Positions 8,417 to 18,050 of a stretch of 64,000 nucleotides of DNA are shown one piece after another. The notes beneath the pieces are model-generated. The model did no database searches. It worked only from the letters and a program-made list of their open reading frames with translations, and was not told where the DNA came from. This DNA is from an uncultured Gemmatimonadaceae bacterium. Lineage in GTDB: Bacteria > Gemmatimonadota > Gemmatimonadetes > Gemmatimonadales > Gemmatimonadaceae. The position numbers and the translations under genes were made by a program. The number at the start of each line of letters is the position of its first letter. Position 1 is the first letter of the stretch. The stretch covers positions 480,001 to 544,000 of the forward strand of contig CAWBOC010000009.1 in the NCBI GenBank assembly GCA_963790305.1, in the 5' to 3' direction.

Positions 8417-10887
8417 CAGTCGCCGGCCTCCGCCTCCTCGTACACCTCGTCACCTACGACCGACGGTGTGAAGAGGTCGGGCAGCTCCGCGGTCTGCTGC
8501 TCGACCACCGAGCACCCCGTTTCCTCGTCGTAGCGAACGGAGATCACGCGATCAACACCCTCGCGCACCTGCTCGATGTGCGTGATGAGAATGACCTGCT
8601 CGAAACGGCCCTGGAGGCGTCGCAGCAGGTCGAGCACATTCGCGCGGCGGGCCTCGTCGAGTGATCCGAAGATCTCGTCGAGAATGAGCAGGGAGAAGGG
8701 CTGGCCCGCACGCTCGGCGATCATCTGCGAGATCGCGAGACGAAGCACGAGGTTCGCAAGGTCCTCTTCACCGCCCGAGATGACCGGCTTCGGCAGCCCG
8801 TCCTCGAGCACGACGATGTTGTAGCTATCGTCGAGCTCGAGCTCACCGTAGCGGCCGTCGGTGAGATCCCTCAGGAAGCCACTGGCGAGGTCGGACAGCT
8901 CCGGACGCAACTGGAAGTTGAGGTCGGTACGCAGATCGGTGAACGCGCGGTCGAGCTCGTCATGCAGCAGCTTTCGCTGTGTGAGCTCGCTGAGCATGCG
9001 CTGGCGCGACGCGAGCTCGGCCGCCACTCCGTGCGCACGCTCGAGGGCCGTATGCGCGCTCCCCTCCTCGCCTCGCGCCTGCACCATCGCGAGCTCCGCG
9101 GCGTGCGCCTCGCCGGTCGCCCGCTCGAACTCCGCGCGCAGCGTCTCATGTTCCGACTCACGGATCGTCGTCTCGTCGCGCCGCCCGTGCAGCAGTCGGA
9201 GCCGTTCACGAATCGCCGCGAGTCGCTCGGCCGCCCCGGCGAGCTCACGCTCGACCTGCGGCACGCGCTCCAGCTGCGCGCTCAGCCGGGCGGCGCGCGC
9301 ATCGAGCGGGGTGAGACGCTCGATCTCGCTGCGCAGCAGCCCGTGGCGAGCTGCATCGTACCCCGGTGGAATCGCGGTGAGCTCCGCGTTCACCTGGGCC
9401 GCACGTTCGTTCTTGCCAGTCAGATCGGACTCGACGTGCGCGAGCTCCTGTACCGCGAGCTGTACCTTCGTCAGGCGGCGCTCGAGCGTGGAGACCTCGA
9501 GCGACATGGCACGCCGTTGCTCGTCGAGCGCCTGCACATCCTCGGGCATCTCCATGAGCTGCTCGAAGCGCGCCTTGTAGTAGTTGCCGTCGACGCGCAC
9601 CGTCTCGATCTGCTCATCGAGAAGATCGAGCACCGCGCGATACGTATCGCCCAGCGGGCGAGCGCAGGTGGGACACGCGCCCTCGGCGCCGAGGCTGACG
9701 ATGCGGTCGCGCTGCTCCTTGAGCTCCGTGTACTGTTCGCGCAGCGACTGCCGCTTCGTCTCTGCTTCCTGGCGGTCGCGCACCCACTCGGTGCGACGCG
9801 CCTCGAGAAGGCCGTCGGTGGCTTCGAACTCGGCGCGTTTCGCGACCAGGGCGGCATCGATCTCCGTCTCGAGGGTGGGCGCGTTCTCGAGCTTCGCGCG
9901 CCGATCACGCAGCCGAACGAGATCCTCGGCGAGAGCGCCTTGCGTCTCGAGTAGCGCGCGTCGGCGTCCTTCTTCCCGCGCGAGGACATCGAGCCGCTGA
10001 AATTCCGATGCGAGCAGTTGGAACGGCTCCAGCTCGAGGCGCAGCCGCTCCAATTCCGCGCGCGCACCCGCCGCGTCGGCGAGATCCCGCTCGAGACGCT
10101 GCACCTCGCGATGCTCAGCCGCCTCCTCCTGCTCCGCGACGCGCAGGTCGGCGAGCAGCGCCTGATGTGCCTCACGAGCGCGCTGCGCCGCCTCCCACCG
10201 CGGCCGCACCTCGTCGAGCGCCGCCTGAGTCGCCTCGCGCCGTCGCTGGGCGAAACGGGCACGATCGCGCGCCTGCTCCAGGCGCGTCTCCGTCTCCGCC
10301 ACCTGGCGGGCGACGGTCTCGGGATCCCCCATGCCCTGCCGGAGCCCCGCCATCTCGGCGACGATGGCACGGCGCCGGTCGCGCGCGATCTCCTGCGCCG
10401 CGCGCAGCCGCTCGTAGCCCAGCACTCGCGAGAGAAACTGCGCGCGCTCGGTCGGGCTCATCGCGGCCATCACGCTGATCTCTTTCTGGCCGGTGAAATA
10501 CGTGTTGAAGAATTCCTCGCGCGTCATGCCAAGACGGCGCGTGAGGACGTCCGTCACTCCGGTGATCGAGTCAGCGATCTTGTTCTGGGGGCCATCGAGG
10601 TACAGCTCCGCGTTCGTCAGGCCGCGAACGACGCGATAGTTGTGACCGCCGAGGTCGAAGTCGAGCTCGACGCGCACACCCGAGCGCGCGCCAGCCCGGT
10701 TGAAGCGAATGGAGTCACGGGTGCCCCGGGCCGCGGCGTTGCCGTAAATCGCCCACGCAATCGCTTCGAGGAGGGTCGTCTTCCCGGCTCCGTTGGGGCC
10801 GATGATGCCGGTAACCCCCGGACCGAACTCCACCCGGCTATCCGCGTGCTGGCGGAAGTTCTGGAGGACGACCCGGTTGAGCTGCAC
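8416..10887 (-). CDS. sbcC: Rad50/SbcC SMC-family ATPase
   Basis: Walker A GPNGAGKTT, coiled coils, central zinc hook CPTC, signature SGGE, Walker B LLILDE, D-loop GSLD, ITH. Confidence 0.93.
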   Translation of the reverse strand: MQLNRVVLQNFRQHADSRVEFGPGVTGIIGPNGAGKTTLLEAIAWAIYGNAAARGTRDSIRFNRAGARSGVRVELDFDLGGHNYRVVRGLTNAELYLDGPQNKIADSITGVTDVLTRRLGMTREEFFNTYFTGQKEISVMAAMSPTERAQFLSRVLGYERLRAAQEIARDRRRAIVAEMAGLRQGMGDPETVARQVAETETRLEQARDRARFAQRRREATQAALDEVRPRWEAAQRAREAHQALLADLRVAEQEEAAEHREVQRLERDLADAAGARAELERLRLELEPFQLLASEFQRLDVLAREEGRRRALLETQGALAEDLVRLRDRRAKLENAPTLETEIDAALVAKRAEFEATDGLLEARRTEWVRDRQEAETKRQSLREQYTELKEQRDRIVSLGAEGACPTCARPLGDTYRAVLDLLDEQIETVRVDGNYYKARFEQLMEMPEDVQALDEQRRAMSLEVSTLERRLTKVQLAVQELAHVESDLTGKNERAAQVNAELTAIPPGYDAARHGLLRSEIERLTPLDARAARLSAQLERVPQVERELAGAAERLAAIRERLRLLHGRRDETTIRESEHETLRAEFERATGEAHAAELAMVQARGEEGSAHTALERAHGVAAELASRQRMLSELTQRKLLHDELDRAFTDLRTDLNFQLRPELSDLASGFLRDLTDGRYGELELDDSYNIVVLEDGLPKPVISGGEEDLANLVLRLAISQMIAERAGQPFSLLILDEIFGSLDEARRANVLDLLRRLQGRFEQVILITHIEQVREGVDRVISVRYDEETGCSVVEQQTAELPDLFTPSVVGDEVYEEAEAGD

Positions 10888-12087
10888 CTAGCCCCCGAGT
10901 GTCGGCGGGGAGCCGGCGGACGCCACGCTGGCGGCCGCGTCCGCCTCCTGCAGATAGAAAGTCCCGAGCTGAACGAGCGCGTCACGATCGACGCCCGGCG
11001 CGAGGGTGCGCTTGCCGATGTACGACTCCACCGTCTCCCGAAGCGTGGGACGACGGCCGGGCGCCCCGCTGGCGGCGAGCCGCATCATCTCCGGCCGCCG
11101 AGCGTCGAGGTGAAAGTGCAGCGCGCGTCGCTTGTACTCGCGTAACGCCTTTTGATCCAGCTCCCGAGCGACATGGCGCGGGATGTCGCGCACGACGAGT
11201 CGTACGACCTTCTCCTCAATGCCGTCCTCGCATTTCTCGACCGCGTCGCGGATGGCGGTATCGAGCTCCTGCGCGGTCAGGCCGCGCGCCGGAACGGCCG
11301 GCAGGTCCACGAGCCGACGCGCGGGATCGAGCGCATGGAACGTGTGGACCCCGCGCTCGAGATCGAACTCGATGAAGCCCTTTCCCGGGAGACCACCTAT
11401 CCGCTCCTCGATCAGCTCGCCCCACGGATTCGTGCTCGTGTAGTCGACGGAGCCGGAGTAGTAGGCATTCGGCGCGATCTGCCGATGTACGTGGTAGTGT
11501 CCCAGCGCGACGTAGCTCCACCGGGACGCCCCGATGGCGTCCAGCGGGATCTCCATCGCCGCGCGATCGGCGCGCACGGCCTCGGCGGGAAGCATGCCCT
11601 GCACTTCCCCATGCAGCACGAGAACGTTGTGCCTAACGCCTGGCTCCGGGATCAGCGCCGGGTAGTCACCCAGGGAATCGGGAACGGCGAGAATCGCGAG
11701 ATCCCGCTCGGGGAAGGCGAGGCGTCGCGGCTCGGAATCGACGACGTGCACTCCCAGCACCGTGAACAGGCGCAGAATGCACCCCGTCTCGGTCGCGCGC
11801 GGACGGTCGTGGTTGCCCGCCACCATGACGACGATCGCCCGCGGAACCGCGCGGGTCAGCCGCGCGAGCTGATTGAACGCGTGGATGATCGCCGGATTCA
11901 TCGGGCGAACGGTGTGGAAAATATCCCCCGCGAACACGACGACGTCGGGCTCGAGGGCGATGATCCGGTCGATCGCGCTCCGAAAAGCGTTCGCGACGTC
12001 CGCTTCGCGCTGATTGATTCCCGATTGCGTCAGACGGTGGTACTGACGGAAACCGAGATGCAGGTCGGAGATGTGAACCAGCCGCAC
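10888..12087 (-). CDS. sbcD: Mre11/SbcD metallophosphoesterase nuclease
   Basis: HISDLHLG, AGDIFH, AGNHD, LHG, ALGHYH, YSGS; stop abuts the rad50 start. Confidence 0.93.
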   Translation of the reverse strand: MRLVHISDLHLGFRQYHRLTQSGINQREADVANAFRSAIDRIIALEPDVVVFAGDIFHTVRPMNPAIIHAFNQLARLTRAVPRAIVVMVAGNHDRPRATETGCILRLFTVLGVHVVDSEPRRLAFPERDLAILAVPDSLGDYPALIPEPGVRHNVLVLHGEVQGMLPAEAVRADRAAMEIPLDAIGASRWSYVALGHYHVHRQIAPNAYYSGSVDYTSTNPWGELIEERIGGLPGKGFIEFDLERGVHTFHALDPARRLVDLPAVPARGLTAQELDTAIRDAVEKCEDGIEEKVVRLVVRDIPRHVARELDQKALREYKRRALHFHLDARRPEMMRLAASGAPGRRPTLRETVESYIGKRTLAPGVDRDALVQLGTFYLQEADAAASVASAGSPPTLGG

Positions 12088-12145
12088 GCCATCCTCAGGG
12101 AAAATTCTGCTAACTGTAATACTCCTAAGAGGATAGCGAGTGCGC

Positions 12146-12991
12146 TCACCGCTTGTCCATAGTGCGCTGCCGCTGCAGCAGGCGCATCTGCATCTTCACC
12201 GGCTGGAGCCCACTTCCCGGGGGTTGCTCAATGTGCGAGCGCATTGACATCTCGGTCGAGGCGTCGGTCACCCAGCCGCGGCTCCGGTCCAGGACCATGT
12301 AGCCGGTTACTGTCCCCGTCATCGTCATGCGGGCCCCGCCCCGAATCGGCGCGGCGGTCGAATCGCGCGTGAGGGTGCCGCGCATCGAAATGTGGGCCAG
12401 CTTCCCGCGCCGAGTCAGCGAGTCGAGGCGGAAGGTGGCCTCGAGAGTGCCCGCGACCTGCCCCGGCCCCGCGTCAGGGATGGGGATGCGTTGCTTCCAC
12501 GAGCTCCCGACGGCGACCTGGTGCCGGGGGAACGTGGCGGGGAGCTGCGAGAACACCGACTGGAGGTCGCGCGGGATGTCCGGGTCCGCCTCGACGACGG
12601 TGCCGGAACCTTCGCGCGAGAACCGTACACGAACCTCCTTTCCCTGCAGCGAACGACGAGCCTGATCGCTGAGCGTGGCAACGCGGGGGTCCATGGCGGC
12701 CATGTCCACGGCGACCGAGTCGGTGATCGACCGAACCGTGGTTCCCTCGTTGTCCGACTCGATGACGATGGACCGGGACAGCATGAGCATGGACGAGCGC
12801 ATGGTCATCGTCGTGTCGGCATCGCGAACCTTGCCGACGCCCGAGATCTCCATTTCCTGCTCGATGCGCAGCCGGAGCGTATCGCCCACCTTCGGCTTGA
12901 TCTGCAGCAGCACGCTCTGCGCCTGCGCCGAGGGAACGACCGACCCGATGAGTGCGACCGAGGCGGCGAAGCGCCTCACGAGAGTGATCAT
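12146..12991 (-). CDS. Exported beta-rich hypothetical protein (possibly DUF6263-like)
   Basis: Signal peptide ending AQA; FPRHQVAVGSSW motif; starts 3 nt after the herA stop. Confidence 0.65.
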   Translation of the reverse strand: MITLVRRFAASVALIGSVVPSAQAQSVLLQIKPKVGDTLRLRIEQEMEISGVGKVRDADTTMTMRSSMLMLSRSIVIESDNEGTTVRSITDSVAVDMAAMDPRVATLSDQARRSLQGKEVRVRFSREGSGTVVEADPDIPRDLQSVFSQLPATFPRHQVAVGSSWKQRIPIPDAGPGQVAGTLEATFRLDSLTRRGKLAHISMRGTLTRDSTAAPIRGGARMTMTGTVTGYMVLDRSRGWVTDASTEMSMRSHIEQPPGSGLQPVKMQMRLLQRQRTMDKR

Positions 12992-12994
12992 GCG

Positions 12995-14959
12995 CTACAC
13001 GCCGTACGGATCATCGGCCGGCAGTCCGCGCAACGGAGTCGCCGCGACGGGCGTCGGAGCCGGCTGGGCCGGGATGATCGTGCGGAGTCTCGACGCGAAG
13101 AAGGCCTTCACGTCCTTCGGTCGCGACTGGAGCGTCGCGTTGCGCGCGCGAATGAGGTCCGGCTCATCGTAGAGCGCGACCATATCCTGCACCCACGTGA
13201 GCGGGATCCCCGGGTCGAGCTGCCGCAGCGTACGCAACAGCAATGTCTCGAGCGAGGCGTCGGTCGCCTGCGGAAAGCGCTCGACGCCATCCCGCCCCCG
13301 CAGCACGGCGGGCCTCGGGAACTTCAGGAAAATCGGTTGCGTGAAGTGCGGATGTCGCACCATCAAATCTCCCTTGGCGAGCGTAGCCAGCTTCGTTCGC
13401 GTTGCCGGGCTGAGTACGGCGTAGCCAGGCGTGGCCAGCTCGTCTCCATCCATGCGTCCGAACAATGACGTGCCGCTGTTACCGACGACGCGGCGATGGA
13501 CCTGCGACCGGAACTGCTGCGCCCCGAACAGGACGAGCCCGAGATATCGGCCGCGCTCGGCGATATCGAGCAGCATCTTGCGCACGTAGGTGTCGGGGCC
13601 ATCGGCCGGGGCGTATTTGTTCAGCTCGTCGACGAACACGACGACGTGGCTGACGCCGAGATCACGCCGCTCGAGGTGCTCACGGAGCTTGGACACGATG
13701 CGCGCGAAGATGAGATCCTGCGCGTCCTCCTCGGCGGCGGCGACGTCAATCACATACACCGTGCGATCGTCGAAGGTCCCCCATGGAAGGTCGCTCACCG
13801 AGCCATCGTCAGTGACCAGTCCAGCGCATCGCAGCGAAATATTGGAAAGCCGGTTGCGCACCTTCCGAATGGTCGCGATGTGATGCGTCTTGTAGCCCTC
13901 GCTTCCCTTCCCCTCCAGCATCAGGATGATGTCGCGAAACCACCGCTCGAGGTCGGCGAAGGACTGTACGCGGTAAACCTGCCCGGGCAGCATCTGGGGA
14001 TCCTTGTACTCGCGATCGAGCAAGCGCTCCTTGATGAAATCGATGAGCGCGTCCGCCTTGGCATCGACGTCATCCCGATTCAGCATGACTTCGGCGAACT
14101 GCAGGACTTCGCGCAGCCCCCACGTCAGCGGGCTGACGTTATGCATCAACGCCTCGTTCGAGCGCAACGTGTTCAGCGACGTCAGGTTCGCCTTGTAGGG
14201 CGCGAAATAGTGCACGCGATCGAAGGGCCGTGCCGGGACGCGGAGGCGGTCGTACATCGCGAGATCGTTGGCGTCGAGGTCTCCCGGCTGGTCCAGATAG
14301 CAGAGATCCGGTCCCTTCACGTTGAAGCACACCGCGGCCACCGAGCCCTTGCTGGCGGGGAAGTGCGCGAACATCGATGCGAGAATGAACTCGACCGCGC
14401 TCGTCTTCGTCGCCAGGCCGGACACGCCGGTGATGTTGAGGTGCGCCGCCTCGGGTCCAACGAGAAAGTCGGCGTCGAGATAGATCGGCGAATCCATGCC
14501 GCCCGCGCGATAGAGCCCGATGGGAATCGCCGTTCGCGCGTCGGCGCGCGTATACGTGTCCATGCGCAAAGCCAGCGTCACGTCCTCATCGCTGGCCAGG
14601 AAAACCTCTCCCATCGGAACGGGCTGAAGCGGTTCCTCGGGTATCTGCCGCAGCACGGCGGCCGTGTAGAGGCGCACTTCCGGCCGCTCCGTCGGTGCGA
14701 TCGCGGATGAGCGTGGATCACCGTCATGGCCGAGCACGTCGTGCAGCGGAGAGAGCAGGTCGGTGAAGCTGAAGCCTTCGACGACGACGCCGTACACGCG
14801 CGGAAGATGTCCCTCGACGGCGTGCGTTCCCTCGACGCGCACAATGGTCCCGATCCCGACCGGGGAGTCGACCGCGGTCCAGAAATGGAACTCGTGAGGC
14901 GTGTTTGGCTTGCGCTCGGTCGCGACGACGCGGCCGAGGGGTGACGTGTGCTCAGGCAT
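12995..14959 (-). CDS. herA: HerA-family hexameric ATPase / DNA translocase
   Basis: N-terminal HAS-barrel-like region, variant Walker A HLNITGVSGLATKTS (Deinococcus/Thermus HerA type), Walker B VVFVDELNKYAP, IAERGRYLG, GAQQ. Confidence 0.88.
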   Translation of the reverse strand: MPEHTSPLGRVVATERKPNTPHEFHFWTAVDSPVGIGTIVRVEGTHAVEGHLPRVYGVVVEGFSFTDLLSPLHDVLGHDGDPRSSAIAPTERPEVRLYTAAVLRQIPEEPLQPVPMGEVFLASDEDVTLALRMDTYTRADARTAIPIGLYRAGGMDSPIYLDADFLVGPEAAHLNITGVSGLATKTSAVEFILASMFAHFPASKGSVAAVCFNVKGPDLCYLDQPGDLDANDLAMYDRLRVPARPFDRVHYFAPYKANLTSLNTLRSNEALMHNVSPLTWGLREVLQFAEVMLNRDDVDAKADALIDFIKERLLDREYKDPQMLPGQVYRVQSFADLERWFRDIILMLEGKGSEGYKTHHIATIRKVRNRLSNISLRCAGLVTDDGSVSDLPWGTFDDRTVYVIDVAAAEEDAQDLIFARIVSKLREHLERRDLGVSHVVVFVDELNKYAPADGPDTYVRKMLLDIAERGRYLGLVLFGAQQFRSQVHRRVVGNSGTSLFGRMDGDELATPGYAVLSPATRTKLATLAKGDLMVRHPHFTQPIFLKFPRPAVLRGRDGVERFPQATDASLETLLLRTLRQLDPGIPLTWVQDMVALYDEPDLIRARNATLQSRPKDVKAFFASRLRTIIPAQPAPTPVAATPLRGLPADDPYGV

Positions 14960-15046
14960 TCAACTCTCGGTGTTCAACGCAGAATTGAGAACACAGAATA
15001 GAGAGTTCAGCAGTGTCGTTTCTGAGTTCTGTATTCCGAATTCCGT
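14960..15046. repeat. Inverted degenerate 7-mer repeat array
   Basis: gcagaat tgagaac acagaat agagagt ... tttctga gttctgt attccga attccgt, AT-richer than flanks. Confidence 0.6.
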
Positions 15047-15061
15047 CATCGTTGCCGTTCT

Positions 15062-16060
15062 TCAGGAAATTGCACGCAGGAACTCCTCGCACTCTCGAAC
15101 CGGGTACGCCATACGGTCCCACCGGGAATCGGGAAGCGCCAGTGGCGTACGCTCGGCGAGCACCCAGCGCGACACCTCATCGGCACGCGTGGACGGGTCG
15201 TCGGTCTCAGCCACCTCGACGCGCACGATACCCCACAGCGCGTCGTGCGCGTCGCCGTCACGAAGGCGCAGGTACCAGGAGTGCACCGGCGTCCGGTTGC
15301 GAGGGGCAATGCGAACGACGGGAGTTCGCTCTCCACAGGCCAAGCCGAGAATCACGTCGAGGAGTACCGCGGACGCATAGAGTTGACGGTGTGATTTCAC
15401 TACGCCCACCGCACAGCTGTTGGTCGCGACGATATCGCTTGCGGAGATGCTGCCGTCCACGAGCAGCGGCGCTCGCATCGTCGCACACCATTGCTCGGCC
15501 AACGTGCGTTCGGCGCGCTCGCGATCGCGCTGCACGGCGTGCAGCGCTTGCTCCTTGACGTGGACTGGATGACGCGAGAGAGCTGCGTCCTCCTCGGCGC
15601 GAGAGGTGTCCACGACGGGTAGACCGGCAAGAGCGAGACGCGTAGCCGAATCCAGCGTCGAGAGCGGCGCATAGTACCGATACTCGTCGATAGGACGTTC
15701 CCAGGTGGTGAGCCGCCGCTTCGATCGCTGCCGTATCACGGCGGCGATGCGGCCGCAGACGATGGGAACTCCGCGCGCGACCAGAACGACTCGACTCTCC
15801 TGAACGCCGTCGAGAAATGCCTCGAACGCCGGGATCGGAGACCCCGGTACGCGGCGCGCCACGGTTGCATTTTCAACGACTTGCGCGTCTATGACCCGGG
15901 GTGCCTCATGAACACCCTCGAGCCGCTCGAGCGTGGGTGCCGTGCTAGTGACGGTGGCAACGCCGGGCACGCGATGCGCGAGGATGCGCACCGCGTCGTG
16001 GAAAGTTGCCACGGGTATGGCGGGGGGGTAGGTTGCTCGCTGCCTCTGCTCCACTGCCAC
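15062..16060 (-). CDS. nurA: NurA-family nuclease (RNase H-like fold)
   Basis: AFLDG, LLVDGS, VGVVKSH, GERTP, SWYLRL, GIVRVE and C-terminal D-x-R...YPV..CE motifs; directly upstream of herA. Confidence 0.75.
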   Translation of the reverse strand: MAVEQRQRATYPPAIPVATFHDAVRILAHRVPGVATVTSTAPTLERLEGVHEAPRVIDAQVVENATVARRVPGSPIPAFEAFLDGVQESRVVLVARGVPIVCGRIAAVIRQRSKRRLTTWERPIDEYRYYAPLSTLDSATRLALAGLPVVDTSRAEEDAALSRHPVHVKEQALHAVQRDRERAERTLAEQWCATMRAPLLVDGSISASDIVATNSCAVGVVKSHRQLYASAVLLDVILGLACGERTPVVRIAPRNRTPVHSWYLRLRDGDAHDALWGIVRVEVAETDDPSTRADEVSRWVLAERTPLALPDSRWDRMAYPVRECEEFLRAIS

Positions 16061-16123
16061 GTCTCAGGTCCCGCCGATCGGCCGCCTTCGGCAGCCGTGC
16101 TCTCGTCTTACTTCCGCGAGTTG

Positions 16124-17104
16124 ATGCGCGCGTTCGTCATCCAGCGAATCGCCACGCTGGTGACCATCGTAACGGTGGTTACCGGGTGTGACAAGGCGAA
16201 AGGATTCATTGGCGGAGATCGACCGGCGCCCCCGGAGATCGCGCCCGGTGAGGCCCTCAATCTCGCCGCGCGTCCCCACATCCTCTTCCAGATCTTCGGG
16301 GAGAAGGAAGATCCGCGGATGATCCCCATCGCCGCCATCGAGGACGGGCAGCTGAAGGCGATCGCCCTGTCGTCGACCGGCTGGCACCAGTTCGACGCCA
16401 TGTACCTGCGGGGCGGCAAGACCTACAAGCTGTACCAGGACGGACGTACACGAGGCACGGTGACGGTCCGCCAGGGTATGTGGGAACGGCCTGAGAATCC
16501 GCTGTATACGCTTCCCGGCTGTCAGGCCCTCACGCCACTGGCCAGCGTCTCGGTCACCGGCTTGACGAAGTCCTCCTATACCGTCGAAGCGCTCGCGTCA
16601 TCGTTCGATCGTTCGGCCCCGCGTGCACCCAAGCCCCTTCCCGACGCGGAGCTGGCGAGGACCGGCCGCAAAGTCGCCACGGAAGCAGGCGCTCCCGAGA
16701 GCGTGGACGGGAAGATGCTCGACGCTCTCGACTTCCGCGCCGTGGCCATCAACACCGGCGCCACCGATTCGCCAACGATCGTCGCATCGTACATCGATCC
16801 GACGGCCACCGACGCCGGCTCGGCGACGGCCAACACGGTGCACCTGTTCGTGATCGCCGACCGCGACGTCGACGGCTATACCCCGACGATGTCGCACGTG
16901 GTGAACGGTCCGATCGCCGGCGCGGTGTATCGTCGATTCTTCGACCACGTGGATCTCACCGGCGACGGCATCGATGAGATCGTGGCCGAGGAGTGGCGGA
17001 TCGGGCAGGAGACGTCGTTGCTGGTATTCTCCTGGATGAACGGGAGATGGAGAGAGGTATTCCGGGGGCGGTCGAGTTGGTGCCTCGATGAAGTGAAACA
17101 ATAG
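16124..17104 (+). CDS. Hypothetical lipoprotein with FG-GAP/VCBS-like motif
   Basis: MRAFVIQRIATLVTIVTVVTG-C lipobox; DLTGDGIDEIV motif. Confidence 0.7.
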   Translation: MRAFVIQRIATLVTIVTVVTGCDKAKGFIGGDRPAPPEIAPGEALNLAARPHILFQIFGEKEDPRMIPIAAIEDGQLKAIALSSTGWHQFDAMYLRGGKTYKLYQDGRTRGTVTVRQGMWERPENPLYTLPGCQALTPLASVSVTGLTKSSYTVEALASSFDRSAPRAPKPLPDAELARTGRKVATEAGAPESVDGKMLDALDFRAVAINTGATDSPTIVASYIDPTATDAGSATANTVHLFVIADRDVDGYTPTMSHVVNGPIAGAVYRRFFDHVDLTGDGIDEIVAEEWRIGQETSLLVFSWMNGRWREVFRGRSSWCLDEVKQ

Positions 17105-17132
17105 GACAGCGTCTAGAGAGCCGTTGCCCCTT

Positions 17133-17762
17133 TCAGTTCACCACACCCACCGCCAGTCCGTCTCCCACGGGGACGATCGTCCCCCGTACCCTCTCATCAC
17201 TCGCCATCCGCCGATTGAACTCCCGCACGCCGCGCGTGCCCTCGTCGGCCGTGTCGGGGTCGAGTACTCGGCCGCCCCACAGCGCGTTGTCGGCGATGAG
17301 AAGGCCGCCCGGCCGAAGCAGCCGCACCGCCCAATCGAAGTACGTGGGGAGCGGCTCCTTGTCGGCGTCGAGGAAGATCGCGTCGAAGCGCTCGCCGTCG
17401 AACGCGGGGAGTACCTCGAGCGCACGACCGATTCGGAGATCGATGCGATCATCGAGGCCGGCCCGCGCGAAGTACTTCCGGGCGAACTCGGCATGCCGCT
17501 CGTCGGCTTCGATCGTGACCAGGCGTCCCGACGCGGGCAGCCCGCGCGCCATCCAGATGCCCGAGTAGCCGCCTAACGTCCCTACCTCGAGCACGCGTTC
17601 GGCACGCACCGCGTACAGGAGGATTTGCAGGAGGCGACCGGTGACGGCGCTGATGGAGATCGGCGGCAACCCCTCGCGATCGGCGGCCTCGCGAAGCGCC
17701 GCGAGAACGTCGTCGTCGCGCGCGAACAGCGATGCGATGTACTCGTCAACGCGATCGCTCAC
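17133..17762 (-). CDS. O-methyltransferase (Methyltransf_3 family)
   Basis: VLEVGTLGGYSG, FDAIFLDADK, LRPGGLLIADN, VGDGL. Confidence 0.92.
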   Translation of the reverse strand: MSDRVDEYIASLFARDDDVLAALREAADREGLPPISISAVTGRLLQILLYAVRAERVLEVGTLGGYSGIWMARGLPASGRLVTIEADERHAEFARKYFARAGLDDRIDLRIGRALEVLPAFDGERFDAIFLDADKEPLPTYFDWAVRLLRPGGLLIADNALWGGRVLDPDTADEGTRGVREFNRRMASDERVRGTIVPVGDGLAVGVVN

Positions 17763-17771
17763 GGTATCGCG

Positions 17772-18050
17772 CTACTCCACACCAATGTCCCAGGCTTGCT
17801 CGAGGTCCTTCCGCGAATAGGCGCGGAACGCCGTGAGCGTTTGGGTGCGCTCGATGCCTGGCACCTTCACGAATTCCTCGGTGACCACCTGCGCAATGCG
17901 ATCGTACTCGGGGACCTTCACGATGGCGACGAGGTCCCACTCGCCCGACACCGAGTACACGTCGGTGACCCCTTCAATGCCGGCAAGCCGCATCGCGACC
18001 TGAGGGATCAGCTTCGGGTCGGCGCGAATGAGCACGATCGTCGTGATCAC
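17772..18050 (-). CDS. Stand-alone Lrp/AsnC ligand-binding (RAM) domain protein
   Basis: GVTDVYSVSGEWDLVAIV...VPGIERTQTL; no HTH; GTGA-coupled to upstream gene. Confidence 0.85.
   Translation of the reverse strand: MITTIVLIRADPKLIPQVAMRLAGIEGVTDVYSVSGEWDLVAIVKVPEYDRIAQVVTEEFVKVPGIERTQTLTAFRAYSRKDLEQAWDIGVE

Noticed and set aside
12995..16060. HerA as an anti-phage system (Sir2-HerA, DUF4297-HerA)
   Set aside because: No Sir2 or similar effector; partner is NurA-like, context is housekeeping, composition is host-like
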